Of a stretch of DNA of 64,000 nt, positions 1 through 10,162 are shown piece by piece. The DNA is from an uncultured delta proteobacterium (GTDB taxonomy: Bacteria > Myxococcota_A > Polyangia > Palsa-1104), in contig CAWAWS010000038.1 of the NCBI GenBank assembly GCA_963785725.1, positions 19,397-83,396 of the forward strand, in the 5' to 3' direction. Positions within the stretch are counted from its first letter, which is position 1. Each line of letters opens with the position of its first letter. A program made the position numbers and the translations under genes. The notes beneath the pieces were generated by a model, which worked only from the letters and a program-made list of their open reading frames with translations, was not told where the DNA came from and ran no database searches.

Positions 1-1
1 C

Positions 2-2317
2 TGTGACGAGCCGCGTGTCGCTGCCGTGCCGGGCGACGAACGTCCACAGGTCGCGGCTGGGCAAGCTGATGTTGAACGACCAGCGCGTGCGATTGGCGTT
101 GAGGCCGCTGGTGGTGACCGTCCGCAAGAACGAGGCGCTGACGGCGTTGAGTGTGGGCGACGGCGCTTCGGCGTACTTGGTGTTGGCGAAGCGTGCGCTG
201 GCGGCGGCCACCAAATTGTTCGGCACTGCGATGAGCGAGTAAGAGCTCGCTTGAGTCGGATCCCACCAGCTGTCCTCTGGCGAGACGTCAATGACCACTT
301 CGTACATGAGCGCGCCGGTGCTGGCGTCGCCCATGGACTGGGCTAGCTCGCCGGTGCCCGTCGTCGGGTTCTGGTATGCGTAGGCGCGCGCCAGGAAGCT
401 GACTGCGGTGCCACCGACGGCGCCGTCGATGGTCGACTGCATGGCCGGCCGCAGCTGCAGATAGGCTGCCACGGAGCTGTCGCCTGGGCCTTGCGCGGCG
501 GCATTTTCGATCAGCTCACGCGTGGCCGAGAGAGCGCTCACGGCGCCCATTAGTCGCTTGCTTTCGTCGGTGCGGCCGGTCGAGAGCAGGCCTTGCTCGT
601 ACAAGGGCACGGTGTCGTCGATGTAGTCAGGCGCGCGAAAGCGCGCGTAACGCGTGTACAGGCCCTCGACCTCGCTGAGCTGTTTGATCTGGAAACGCGC
701 GTCGGAGCTAATGTGCCACCAGCTGCCCGGGTTACCGTCGACGTTGCTGGCCACGGTGATGGTGCCTTGCAGATCGAGCGCGCCGGTAGGGAAAGCGCCC
801 GAATACGGCGGCGCCGGCGTTTGCGCCGGATAGGGGCACAAGTTGGCGATCTTGTCGTCGAGCTGGGTCATGAGCTCGGTGGCGTGCGCAGGCGTCAGGC
901 CGTGCTTCAGGTACAAGTCGAAGTTGCCGTAGTTGCTCGACGCGCCCACGGCAGCGACCGAGACCGGCTGGCAGGTGATCTTGCCGTTGGCGTCGGTGGT
1001 GAAGCTGTCGCAGTCGCGCGTGCGGATGGCGGCCTCGAGCGCACGGTACAAGTAATCGGCGCTGGTGGCGCGATCGATCTGCTGCGTGCAGTGGAAGAAC
1101 TTCTTGGGCAGCGCCAGCAGCTTGAGGTTCAGCAGATCGAAGCCCTGCGCCAGCCGCAACAGATCGCCCACGCCCGGGTCGGTGATGCTGTCCCGCACGT
1201 AGGGCGCCTCGTACAGCGTTGGCCAATCCCAGTTGACCGGGCCCGTCAGCGGGTTCAGGTCGATGCCCGCGCGCACGGTCGGCAGCTGCTCGCCGGGGGT
1301 GGTCTTACCCCACGGATGCTGCCAAGGGGAAGTGCCATCCGCGGCCTGGGCCAAAGGATCGCCGCCGTACAAGACAGCCATGGTGCGCTCGCGCCAGCTG
1401 CCGGGGCCCCACGCGTCGTCAGCGCCGACCGCGCTGCCGCCGCGAGCCAGCCGCGCGCTGGCGCTCCGCCCGAACAGCTGCACGGTCTCGGCGGCGACGT
1501 CGACGTCGAGCTGGAGAGCGGCCGCGAAATCAACGCCCATTCGCGTCAGCTGCTGCTGGTTTGCTTGGGCCCAGTCGCGCAGTTGATAGGTCTGCGGATC
1601 GGCGTTGGCGCCTGACAAGTCGGCGTGCGGTGCAAAGGCCACGGCCAAGGTCGCGTATTGCAGCATCGCAATCTGCGTGCGCTCGCGAATAACCTCCAGC
1701 AGCTCGCGCTGATCGGCGCCCGAGAGCAAAAGCGCCTCGCCGCTGGCCGCGCCCGGTGATATCTCGCGCAGCTTCTGCGCCAGGCAAAGGTTGAAGGGCG
1801 CCCAACGAATGGCCTCGCCGGCTCCGGTGTCGCTCATGGCCAGCCCCGACGGCCACGGGATGGTCGTAGGCTCGATCGCGGGCGCGCCGTTCGGACCCAT
1901 GTTTGGAGCCAAGGTATTCGGCTGCTCGCACGACAACTGCGAGCGCTCGTAGATCCAATCGTTGATCATCGACAGATTGGCGTTGCCACCGTCAGGACCA
2001 GCCTCGTAAGGGCAGAGGCTGCCGCGCATCCGATCGGCCACTTGCGCCAGATATTCGTCGCTCCACCCATTGAGGGAGTCGTCAAAGACGGTCCCATCGG
2101 CGACGAACGCGCAGCTAGCGGCGGCGTCGGCTACGAACAGCTGGGTAACGCTCCCGGTCCAATGCTCAGGCACCGAGCGCAACTGCGGCGCGGGCGTATC
2201 AGCGGCGCGCAACGCCGCATGGGCGGCGGTGATGGGTGGCTCGGACGATGCGTGACAACCGGCAAGTGCGATTAGCGGAAGCAAAACGATCTCGATACGA
2301 GCCTTCATTCGCGACAT
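2..2317 (-). CDS. Large hypothetical lipoprotein, runs off the left edge (>772 aa)
   Basis: Manual translation: open frame from ATG 2317 (MSRMKARIEIVLLPLIALAGC, lipobox LAGC; GAGGA RBS upstream) with no stop to the window edge. Absent from the ORF track because its stop is outside the window. Confidence 0.85.
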   Translation of the reverse strand, partial: MSRMKARIEIVLLPLIALAGCHASSEPPITAAHAALRAADTPAPQLRSVPEHWTGSVTQLFVADAAASCAFVADGTVFDDSLNGWSDEYLAQVADRMRGSLCPYEAGPDGGNANLSMINDWIYERSQLSCEQPNTLAPNMGPNGAPAIEPTTIPWPSGLAMSDTGAGEAIRWAPFNLCLAQKLREISPGAASGEALLLSGADQRELLEVIRERTQIAMLQYATLAVAFAPHADLSGANADPQTYQLRDWAQANQQQLTRMGVDFAAALQLDVDVAAETVQLFGRSASARLARGGSAVGADDAWGPGSWRERTMAVLYGGDPLAQAADGTSPWQHPWGKTTPGEQLPTVRAGIDLNPLTGPVNWDWPTLYEAPYVRDSITDPGVGDLLRLAQGFDLLNLKLLALPKKFFHCTQQIDRATSADYLYRALEAAIRTRDCDSFTTDANGKITCQPVSVAAVGASSNYGNFDLYLKHGLTPAHATELMTQLDDKIANLCPYPAQTPAPPYSGAFPTGALDLQGTITVASNVDGNPGSWWHISSDARFQIKQLSEVEGLYTRYARFRAPDYIDDTVPLYEQGLLSTGRTDESKRLMGAVSALSATRELIENAAAQGPGDSSVAAYLQLRPAMQSTIDGAVGGTAVSFLARAYAYQNPTTGTGELAQSMGDASTGALMYEVVIDVSPEDSWWDPTQASSYSLIAVPNNLVAAASARFANTKYAEAPSPTLNAVSASFLRTVTTSGLNANRTRWSFNISLPSRDLWTFVARHGSDTRLVT

Positions 2318-2610
2318 GCAATCCTCGAGTTGATCCGTTAGCGAAGTCGCTGCGTGAGCGGCCGCACGTGCTGCGGCGACTCCCCCGATCGTTGCTTAGA
2401 CCCACCATGCGAGCAGAGTGGGCAAGAGCCGCCGCTAATCGGCGTGCAGAGAAGCGGCCCGTCGGAGTGCATGGCGTATTCGAGTCGGAGCTGCCGATGC
2501 TCGATTTCGTGTGGCGCGCACGCGACTCCCGATGCGCATCAGGCTCCTCGCTCGACGTGAACGTCTCGCCAGATTCGGCGGTGGATTTCACGGCGCGATC
2601 TACCGTTGTC

Positions 2611-3927
2611 ATGACGCCGACCGCGCTGAAAAGGCGCGACCGCTAGCTGACGCAGTTCCTGGACGAGATGATCATCGGTGTGGGCCGGCCGGAACGCCGG
2701 TCCGCGATGGCGCACTACATCACGGAGCTACTGCCCGACGGCGAGCGCAAGAGCGTGCAACCGATGGCGACGCGGCTCTCTGCTAACGCGGCCGAGGCAG
2801 ACGCCATGCGGCAGCGACTGCAAGATTGCGTCGGTGTCGGCTCGTGGTCGGACGAGGAAATGTTGCGTCGATGGGCCACGAAGCTCGAGCGCGAACTGCC
2901 GGGCATCGTTGCCTTCGTCGTCGATGACACGGGATTCGCGAAGAAGGGCGAATACTCCGTCGGCGTCACGAGACAATATTCAGGAACTCTCGGACGGACC
3001 GACAACTGCCAGGTCGCGGTGAGCCTTCATTTGGCCAGCGCCAAAGGCAGTGGCTGCATCGCCATGCGTCTGTATCTTCCGAGAAAGACTGGACATTCTA
3101 CGCTAACCGACGGCGGCAGCTGGCGTTCCGCAAAAAGTTCAGTTTCAAACGAAGTTGCAGATCGCGCTTGAGCAGCTCGATGTCGCGCTGGCGGCAGGTG
3201 TTCGCCGACATACGCCGCTCGCCGACACCGGCTATGGAGAGGCTACAGAGTTCCGCGGCGGTCTCGAAGAACGCGGGCTTCATTGCGTCGTCGGCGTCTC
3301 AGGCGTGCCGACCATTTGGCGGCCGGGCATCGCGCCCGGTGTGCCAGATGCGCCGAAGTCTGGACGACCTCCGTCGCGCCCCAAAGCCGAAGAAGCCTCG
3401 ATTTTCTTGAGCGACTTTGCTCGCGAGCTCGGCGCCAAACAATTTCGTGCCGTGAGCTGGCGCGAAGGTAGCAAAGGCCGAATGAACGGTCGCTTTTACG
3501 CCGCTCGCATCTATTCGGCCGAACGGCTAACCAAGAAGACACGACCCGAGCTCAAGCCATTTGGCTCATCATCGATACACCGGCGAAGAGAAGCGACCGT
3601 TCAAGTTCTACTTCTCGAATCTTCCCGAGAGCACGTCGCTCAAACGGCTGGTCGCGCTCATCAAGCTTCGTTGGCGTGTCGAACGCGACTATCAAGATCT
3701 CAAAGGCGAGATCGGCCTCGACCACTTCGAAGGACGCAATTGGCGCGGATTCCATCACCTCGCGACATTGTGCGCGGTCGCTCACGGCTTCCTCGCCCTT
3801 CGCCGGACGCTTTTCCCCCCGGAGCCAAGTGCAATGGACGTTGCCGCAGGTGCGCCATCACCTGCAGCAGGTGCTGCTGATGCGGATCGGATGGTGTCCG
3901 CCGTGCGCCAGACCAGCGGATAGATGA
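2611..3927 (+). mobile_element. IS701-family transposase pseudogene
   Basis: Fragments carry IS701 motifs (ERKSVQPMA, VDDTGFAKKG, SVGVTRQYSGTLGRTDNCQVAVSL, ADTGYG, RWRVERDYQDLKGEIGLDHFEGRNWRGFHH). In-frame TAG at 2644-2646 and several frame changes. No clean terminal inverted repeats identified. Confidence 0.9.
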
Positions 3928-4145
3928 TCGTTGCCGCGGGCGCCGTCCGCCCTGTGACGCCATGCGAATCGCGAAGACGATCAGGTAGTTTAGAACCGGT
4001 GGTCGCGAGAAGTGAGCCACGCTGTCCGAAAGTACGAGCGGACTTCGCGGACGAGTTCAGAGCCACGCCGCGGTGTGACTCGAGTTGCTTGAGATCAAGA
4101 ACGTCGGAAACGATCGCGAGCAGACTCGGACGTTCGTCGCCCGAT

Positions 4146-4934
4146 TCAGCGTTCGACGGCTTGCAGCAATCGATCGGTCTCGCGGGTCGTCTGGCGCACG
4201 GCCTCGACGCCGTCGAGCAGCTCGTCGAGCTGGCCGCTCAGCTCCGTCGGCGAGCGCATGGTCACGATCTGATCCGCGAGCAGCCGGAACGTGTTCTCGA
4301 TGAGCTCGAGCTGCCCGCGCGCCGACGACAAATAGCTGCGAATCTCGGCGTATTTTTCTTTGCGCTTCTCGAGCACGGCGATGTTCTTTTGCGCCAGCTG
4401 CCGCTTATCGGGCTCGTTCCTGTCGACGATCGCGTGGTAGCGCCGCAGATCGCGCTCGATTTCGTCGAGGTCGACCGAGCGCAGATAGTCCTGATAGCGC
4501 GCGCACGTCACCGACAGCTCGACGAAGGCGCGCACCAAATCGTCGAGCTTGGTGAGCTCGGCGGCGAGCAGATCGATCGTGAACGCCGGGTTGTCGCGCG
4601 CCAGCTGATTGATCTGATCTTGCTTTTCGCGCAGCGCCAAGCAGCGCATCCGGTCGGCTTCCGGCAGCAGCTTGAACTTGGCGTCCAGCTCGGCGCGGCG
4701 CGCGACCTCCTGCTCGTCGGCGAAGCGCTTGTCGAACCAAGTCTTGCGCAGGAGGCGCGAGTCGGGCGCGAACAGCATCCACAACGCCTCGACGCCGGCG
4801 CCGCACAGGCCCAGCCACCAATTGCCGGTCAGCGCCGCCGCCGACGCGAACCCGCCCAACACGGCATAGTTATAAGGATTCTTGAACGCGTATTTCGCGT
4901 ACGGCGGCCGCGGCTTTTCGTCCTTCGAGCTCAT
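4146..4934 (-). CDS. Hypothetical protein, N-terminal TM hairpin plus long helical/coiled-coil domain
   Basis: Probable start MSSKDEKP. Hydrophobic segment YAVLGGFASAAALTGNWWLGLCGAGVEALWMLF, then heptad-rich helices. Last gene of a tight operon. Confidence 0.8.
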   Translation of the reverse strand: MSSKDEKPRPPYAKYAFKNPYNYAVLGGFASAAALTGNWWLGLCGAGVEALWMLFAPDSRLLRKTWFDKRFADEQEVARRAELDAKFKLLPEADRMRCLALREKQDQINQLARDNPAFTIDLLAAELTKLDDLVRAFVELSVTCARYQDYLRSVDLDEIERDLRRYHAIVDRNEPDKRQLAQKNIAVLEKRKEKYAEIRSYLSSARGQLELIENTFRLLADQIVTMRSPTELSGQLDELLDGVEAVRQTTRETDRLLQAVER

Positions 4935-4944
4935 CGGTCCGCGC

Positions 4945-5769
4945 TCATTCTTTGCGATAGAGTAAATCGAGCAGGTGCTGCTCGACATCGCGAAATTCGG
5001 GTTTCGACTTCAGCGCCAAATCACGCTCGGTAAAATGCGGGATTTCGATGCGATGGAGTATCTGCGCCGGCCGTTTCGACAACACCAACACGGTGTCCGC
5101 CAAATAGACCGCTTCGGCGACGTCATGCGTCACGAATAGAATCGTATTGTCTTCGGCGCGCGAAATATCGATGAGCAGACCTTGCATGCCCCAGCGCGTC
5201 GACGGATCGAGCGCACCGAACGGCTCGTCCATCAACAACAGCTTCGGCTGATTGATGAGCGTCCGCGCGATGGCGACGCGCTGCTTCATGCCGCCCGACA
5301 ACTCGCGCGGATATTTGCGCGCCGAATCCTCGAGACCGACCGCTTTGAGATATTTCGCGGCCTGGGCGGCGCGTTCCTCGGCGCCGATTCCGCGGAGCTT
5401 GAGGCCATATTCGACGTTCTGTTGCACGGTGAGCCAGCCGAACGACGTGTATTGCTGAAAGACCATGCCGCGATCGCGGCCGACGCCGTGAACGGGCACG
5501 CCGTCGAGCAATATCTCGCCTTTGGTCGGTGGCAACAGTCCGGCGACGGCTTTCAAGATCGTCGATTTGCCGCACCCGCTCGGCCCCAAAAAGACGACGA
5601 CCTCGCCGATTCCCGGCTTGTCGGCGATATCGAACTCGACGCCGCGCACGGCTTCCACGTCGTCGCCGGATTGCGAGCGATAGACGACGTGCAGATCTTT
5701 GACCTGCAATTTCGGCACGGCGCCGCTCGTCAACGTCGACGAGCCGTCCGTCTTTGCCGCTTCGGTCAT
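4945..5769 (-). CDS. ABC transporter ATP-binding protein, NitT/TauT (SsuB/TauB-like)
   Basis: Walker A GPSGCGKST, signature LSGGMKQR, LLLMDEPFGALD, VTHD. ATG overlaps the permease stop (ATGA). Confidence 0.95.
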   Translation of the reverse strand: MTEAAKTDGSSTLTSGAVPKLQVKDLHVVYRSQSGDDVEAVRGVEFDIADKPGIGEVVVFLGPSGCGKSTILKAVAGLLPPTKGEILLDGVPVHGVGRDRGMVFQQYTSFGWLTVQQNVEYGLKLRGIGAEERAAQAAKYLKAVGLEDSARKYPRELSGGMKQRVAIARTLINQPKLLLMDEPFGALDPSTRWGMQGLLIDISRAEDNTILFVTHDVAEAVYLADTVLVLSKRPAQILHRIEIPHFTERDLALKSKPEFRDVEQHLLDLLYRKE

Positions 5770-6659
5770 GACGGCTCCGTTTCGCGCCAGCTGAACAGCG
5801 CGCGATTCAGGCCGCGAATAATGGCGTCGGTAATCAAGCCGATGAGCCCGATAATCAAGATTCCGGAGAATACTTGCGCCGTCTTCAAGTGCGAGCCGGC
5901 CAATTGAATCATATAGCCGATACCTTGCCGCGCGTTGACGAACTCGGCCAAGATGACGTACGTCCACGAGATCGCGTTCATGACGCGAAATGAATCGAAG
6001 ATATCGGGTAATGCGGCCGGAATCAGCACCGTGCGAATGACCTGAAAGCGGCTCGCGCCCAACGTCAACGCCGTCTGCACCAGCTCTTCGGGCACCGCGC
6101 GAATGGCCGTGACGACGACCGGCAGCAGATAAACGAATACGCCGAGAAAGAGAAACGCGATCTTCTGCGATTCGCCGATACCGAGCCAGAGAATCAATAA
6201 CGGAATGAATGCCGAGATCGGCATATAACGGAGCGGCGCCATCACCGGCTCCATCAAACGATTGATGGGCTCGAACGCGCCCATCAGGATGCCGAGCGGC
6301 AAGGCGACGAGCGCGGCGGCGACGAAAGAAATGAGTATGCGCAGCGTCGACGCCTGAATGGCCTCGAAGAGCGTGTGCTCGAAGATCATCTGCAGCGTCG
6401 CCTGCAAGACCGCGATCGGCGACGGCAGGAACAGCTCGCTCACGATCGGATGCGCGCCCAGCGTCAGCGCGCACCAGACGATGACGACCAGCGCCGGCAT
6501 CCCGAGCGCGAACGGCAGCCGCAAGCGCCTCGGCAACGCCTTGCGCAGCGACCAGATCGACTCCGGGCTGCGCTTCGCCGCCGCCGTGACCACCGGCTGC
6601 GGCGCCGCCGCGGGCGGCTTCGAGAGCGGCCCGGGCGGCGGAATAGCCTCATTCGCCAT
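5766..6659 (-). CDS. ABC transporter permease, NitT/TauT (SsuC/TauC-like)
   Basis: FLPSP motif, EAA-loop LVQTALTLGAS, ILAEF, GIGYMI, multiple TM segments. Confidence 0.95.
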   Translation of the reverse strand: MANEAIPPPGPLSKPPAAAPQPVVTAAAKRSPESIWSLRKALPRRLRLPFALGMPALVVIVWCALTLGAHPIVSELFLPSPIAVLQATLQMIFEHTLFEAIQASTLRILISFVAAALVALPLGILMGAFEPINRLMEPVMAPLRYMPISAFIPLLILWLGIGESQKIAFLFLGVFVYLLPVVVTAIRAVPEELVQTALTLGASRFQVIRTVLIPAALPDIFDSFRVMNAISWTYVILAEFVNARQGIGYMIQLAGSHLKTAQVFSGILIIGLIGLITDAIIRGLNRALFSWRETEPS

Positions 6660-8318
6660 TATTGCGCGTTCAAGACGACTTTGATGTCGGTGCGGCGATT
6701 CTGCTGACGGCCCGCTTCGGTATCGTTGGACGCGACCGGCATATCCGAGCCGTGGCCGATCGTTTGAAAACGCGCGTCGGGAATATTGAAATGATCGACG
6801 AGATATTTACGCACCGAATCGGCGCGCTTCTCCGACAGCGAGCGATTGAGCTTCGCCGAGCCCTTGGCGTCGGTATTACCTTCGATACGCAAGAACGTAT
6901 TGCCGAACGCCGTCATGGTATCGCCCAGCGAATCGAGCGTGAAATAGCTGCCGTTCATGATCTCGTCGCTGCCGGGCGTGAAATAGATCGACAACGACTT
7001 ATTCACGATGGCGCGCGCCTGCGGATTCTTCGCCTCTTTCGGGTCGAAGCGGAACGGCTCGACCACCTTTTGGCCTTGATATTGATCGGCCAGCGCGGCG
7101 ACGAAACGCGTATCGACATAATCCTTGGAATCGATCGCCTTCGATATCACGCCCTCTTTACGCCAAACGATGAAGGCGGTGTCGAATAGGCTGCGAAACT
7201 GCGCATGATCGCCGGCGCCGGTGAGCCCGAAGAACAGCGCGTTGTCGGCGAACGGCGTCAGCTTCAGGCCCGAGAGCATGCCGCTGATATCGTCGGGACC
7301 GAGCTTGAGCGCCTTCGCCGTCACCGCGTAGCTGCCCGACGGATCTTTGGCGATCGCGTCGATGCCGTCGAACCAGCCGTGCACGAAGTCGCGCAAGCGT
7401 CGTCGGCGCTTTGTCGATGACCTCTTGCCGCGCGACCAAGCAGTCGGCGATGACGTTCGTCGCCGCCGCCGTCGACACGAGCACGTGCGCTTCGTCTTCG
7501 CGCGCTTTGACGGCGCCCGACAGATCCGGCTCCCACGTCACGGCGGCGTCGACCTTCTTGGCCTTGAACGCCGCCGCCGCCAACGGCGCTTCCGCCGTGA
7601 AAACGAGCTTCTTCTCGATGTCCTTCTTGTCTTCGGGCGTCAATCCCGACTGCGACAACAGATAGAGCAGCAGCCAATGCGACGGCGTATAGCGCGTCGT
7701 CGCGATCGTCTTGCCCTTCAGATCCTCGACGGAGTTGATGGTCTTGAGCGACGCGATGCCGTCGCCGCCGCGCGACCAATCCTGCTGAATGATCGCCTTG
7801 GCCGGGATATTCTGCTCCGCCAACGTCGACGCCTCGCGCGCCCAACTATCGACGGTGTCCCACATGATATCGATATCGCCTTTGACGAATGCGTTGAGCT
7901 TCGCCGCCGGATCTTCGATCAACACGAACTTCACGTCCAAGCCGTACTTCGACTTGTAAACGCCGTTCGCGTTCGGATCGAGGCCGCCGTTGCTGACGAT
8001 TCCCGGCGTGTGTCCGGCCCAGGTGTTGATGCCGACGACGAGCGTGCGCCCCAATTTTCCCGCGCCGACGTTGGCGCTGGTCACGCCGGTGACGCCTTTG
8101 TCGCGATCGGGATCGCCCGCTTTACCGAGGTTCTTGAAGTCGTCTTTGTTGATCGACGCGCCTTTGTCACCGGCGCCGCCGCCCGATTTATCGCCGGTTC
8201 CGCCGGCGCCTTTGGACCATTCCTTAATCGCGTCGCCCTTGTAGTGATAGCCCGTATAACCGAGTACGACGATGATGATAAAAGCGATGAACGCTTTCGC
8301 CAGCCCTGTCAGCTTCAC
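6659..8318 (-). CDS. SsuA/THI5-type substrate-binding protein fused to a C-terminal OmpA-like peptidoglycan-binding domain (one apparent single-base frameshift near 7397)
   Basis: N part: TM anchor, INTWAG, DWSRGGDGI, SVEDLKGKTIA, VTWEPD. C part: RDFVHGWFDG, then EGNTD...NRSLSEKRADSV...GRQQNRR. The two parts join if one C is removed in ACGACG(C)TTGCGCGAC; about 552 aa. Confidence 0.88.
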
Positions 8319-8365
8319 GATTTCCCCCGTTCGGGTTGGTACTGCGACGAAAAGCCAACGACTGC

Positions 8366-9073
8366 TTACATCGTCTTGAGCGAAGCCTTCTTCGCCGCCG
8401 ACGCGGCTTTCAATTCCGCCAATTGCTGCTTGGCCGTGACATCACCCGACTGCGCGCGCAGCGCCGACAAGCGCGAATCGAGGTCGGTCGACTTGAGCTC
8501 CGCGCCCAAGTTCGCCTCGGCGATCGTGTTCTTGATGTGCTCGCGCACGTTATCCAGCGCTTTGACTTCCGCATCGACGCTCAAGCCTTCGAGCTGATCG
8601 TTGATGCGAATACGCGCCTGCGCCGACGCCATCTTGGCCAACATGTTGTCTTTCTCGGCCTTGAGCTTCTTGATCTCGCCTTGCACCGTCATCAACGACG
8701 CCTTGGCGCTATCGGCGTCCTTCTGCGCGGTCTCGAGATCGGCTTTCAATTCGCCGACCTCTTTATCGAGAATGTTCTTCTTCTGAATCAGCACGACGGC
8801 CAAGTCGTCCTGATTGGTCTCGATCGCAACCGCGAGATCGGCGCTCACTTGCGCCAGCTCTTTCGCTTGCGTGCCGAGCCGCTCCGACACCTCTTCGCGC
8901 CGGCGAATGATCGCCGCCGTCGCCTTCTTCAGCTTCGAATACTTCTCGATCATCGAATTGATCGCGTTCTCGTACGCGATCTCCGGATGCTCCTTTTCGA
9001 GATCCGAAATCCACAGACTGACAAAGCCCTTCCAAAGGTTCGACAGACGGTTGAAGAACCCGGCCTCGGACAT
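8366..9073 (-). CDS. pspA: PspA/IM30 (bacterial ESCRT-III-like) family protein
   Basis: N-terminal amphipathic helix [20 protein letters not shown] motif, long coiled coil, C-terminal [10 protein letters not shown]; 235 aa. Confidence 0.9.
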   Translation of the reverse strand: MSEAGFFNRLSNLWKGFVSLWISDLEKEHPEIAYENAINSMIEKYSKLKKATAAIIRRREEVSERLGTQAKELAQVSADLAVAIETNQDDLAVVLIQKKNILDKEVGELKADLETAQKDADSAKASLMTVQGEIKKLKAEKDNMLAKMASAQARIRINDQLEGLSVDAEVKALDNVREHIKNTIAEANLGAELKSTDLDSRLSALRAQSGDVTAKQQLAELKAASAAKKASLKTM

Positions 9074-9097
9074 GTGCGGCTCCTTGATATTCCCGCG

Positions 9098-9757
9098 TTA
9101 CGCGCCCGTTTTGGGCTCGTGCAACTTGGGTGATTGGGAAACAACGCGGGCCACCGCTTCCTGCCCGAAGAACTCCAACACCTCTTGAACCTTGAGCTTC
9201 TGCTGATTGCAGGTCTGCGTCAGCGCGTATTGCGAGGCCACTTGCGCTTCCATCGCCGTCTTCACACGCGCGATCTCCGCCTCCAGCTCGCTCATGCGCT
9301 TCTGCGATTCGGCGAGCAGCGCCTGCGTGTCGCGCTGTCCCGATTGGATATAGACCTCGAGCGCCTGAATCTCCTGCGCGCCCGCTTCGATGATTTGATC
9401 GATGGGATAACCGAACGCCTTCAACGACGCTTCGACGATCTGCTTCTTCACGTCTTTCGGCGTCTCCGCCGGCAGCGTCTTCAACAGCGTCGTCGCCTTT
9501 TCGACGCGACCTTGCTCTTCGTCGCCGAGCCCGGCGGCGCGAAACACGGCCGGGAAATCGACCTTCCCGCCTTCGGATTTCGGCAATTCGCCGGCCAGCT
9601 TCACTTCCGGCGGCGGCGCCGGCGGCTCGTCTTGCTGCGCGTACTTGGCGATGAGCGCGTCGGCCGACTCGCTCGCGGCCGCGTGCGGCGCGTCTTCGCC
9701 TTCGCGAACGACGAACCAGCCGAGGACCGTCGAGCCAAACCCTTTTTTATCCGCCAT
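9098..9757 (-). CDS. Hypothetical protein, N-terminal amphipathic helix and C-terminal coiled coil
   Basis: MADKKGFGSTVLGWFV, Pro-rich linker, helical domain and coiled coil. First gene of the pspA operon. Confidence 0.8.
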   Translation of the reverse strand: MADKKGFGSTVLGWFVVREGEDAPHAAASESADALIAKYAQQDEPPAPPPEVKLAGELPKSEGGKVDFPAVFRAAGLGDEEQGRVEKATTLLKTLPAETPKDVKKQIVEASLKAFGYPIDQIIEAGAQEIQALEVYIQSGQRDTQALLAESQKRMSELEAEIARVKTAMEAQVASQYALTQTCNQQKLKVQEVLEFFGQEAVARVVSQSPKLHEPKTGA

Positions 9758-9775
9758 GCGGCGCACAAAATAACA

Positions 9776-9809
9776 CGGCCGTCGGCGCGATACAAAACGC
9801 CGACGGCCG
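9776..9809. terminator. 12-bp perfect inverted repeat between the csbD-like gene and the pspA operon
   Basis: CGGCCGTCGGCG-N10-CGCCGACGGCCG; followed by TGTTATTTT on the minus strand. Confidence 0.55.
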
Positions 9810-9844
9810 CCGCATCTCGTCGCGATTTCGTTACCGGCTACGTG

Positions 9845-10012
9845 TCACTTCTTGAACACGTCCTTGATCCCTTGTTTGACCTCTTCGAACTTGCCTTTGA
9901 GATCGCCCTTATGCTCGTCGGCAATACCCTCGGCTTGGCGTTGGCGATCGCCGGTAATGCTGCCTACGACCTCTTTCGCCTTGCCCTTCATTTTGTCGAT
10001 CAGCTCACCCAT
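9845..10012 (-). CDS. csbD: CsbD-family general stress protein (55 aa)
   Basis: Manual translation MGELIDKMKGKAKEVVGSITGDRQRQAEGIADEHKGDLKGKFEEVKQGIKDVFKK; GGAGGAG RBS. Below the ORF-track size cutoff. Confidence 0.9.
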   Translation of the reverse strand: MGELIDKMKGKAKEVVGSITGDRQRQAEGIADEHKGDLKGKFEEVKQGIKDVFKK

Positions 10013-10046
10013 GTGTCTCCTCCTCTGTCGTCTGTAGTGAATTCAT

Positions 10047-10062
10047 TGCATGACGCGTACCG
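10047..10062 (-). promoter_or_regulatory. Putative sigma54 promoter for csbD
   Basis: CGGTACGCGTCATGCA = GG-N10-GC, about 35 bp upstream of the start. Confidence 0.55.
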
Positions 10063-10162
10063 ACGCTGACGAGCCGCCTCGGCCGGCAAGCGAGCGACCG
10101 CAGCCACGAAGTGACGCCGGCGACCTACCGCGCGGCGCGCCGACGTGTAACAATCGCCGCCC

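Noticed and set aside
593..1615. 340-aa plus-strand ORF and other short ORFs in 1-2300
   Set aside because: All overlap the long minus-strand lipoprotein frame, which has a signal peptide and RBS.
7390..7405. Programmed ribosomal frameshift in the binding protein-OmpA gene
   Set aside because: No slippery heptamer, the break is mid-domain, and similar single indels elsewhere point to sequence error.
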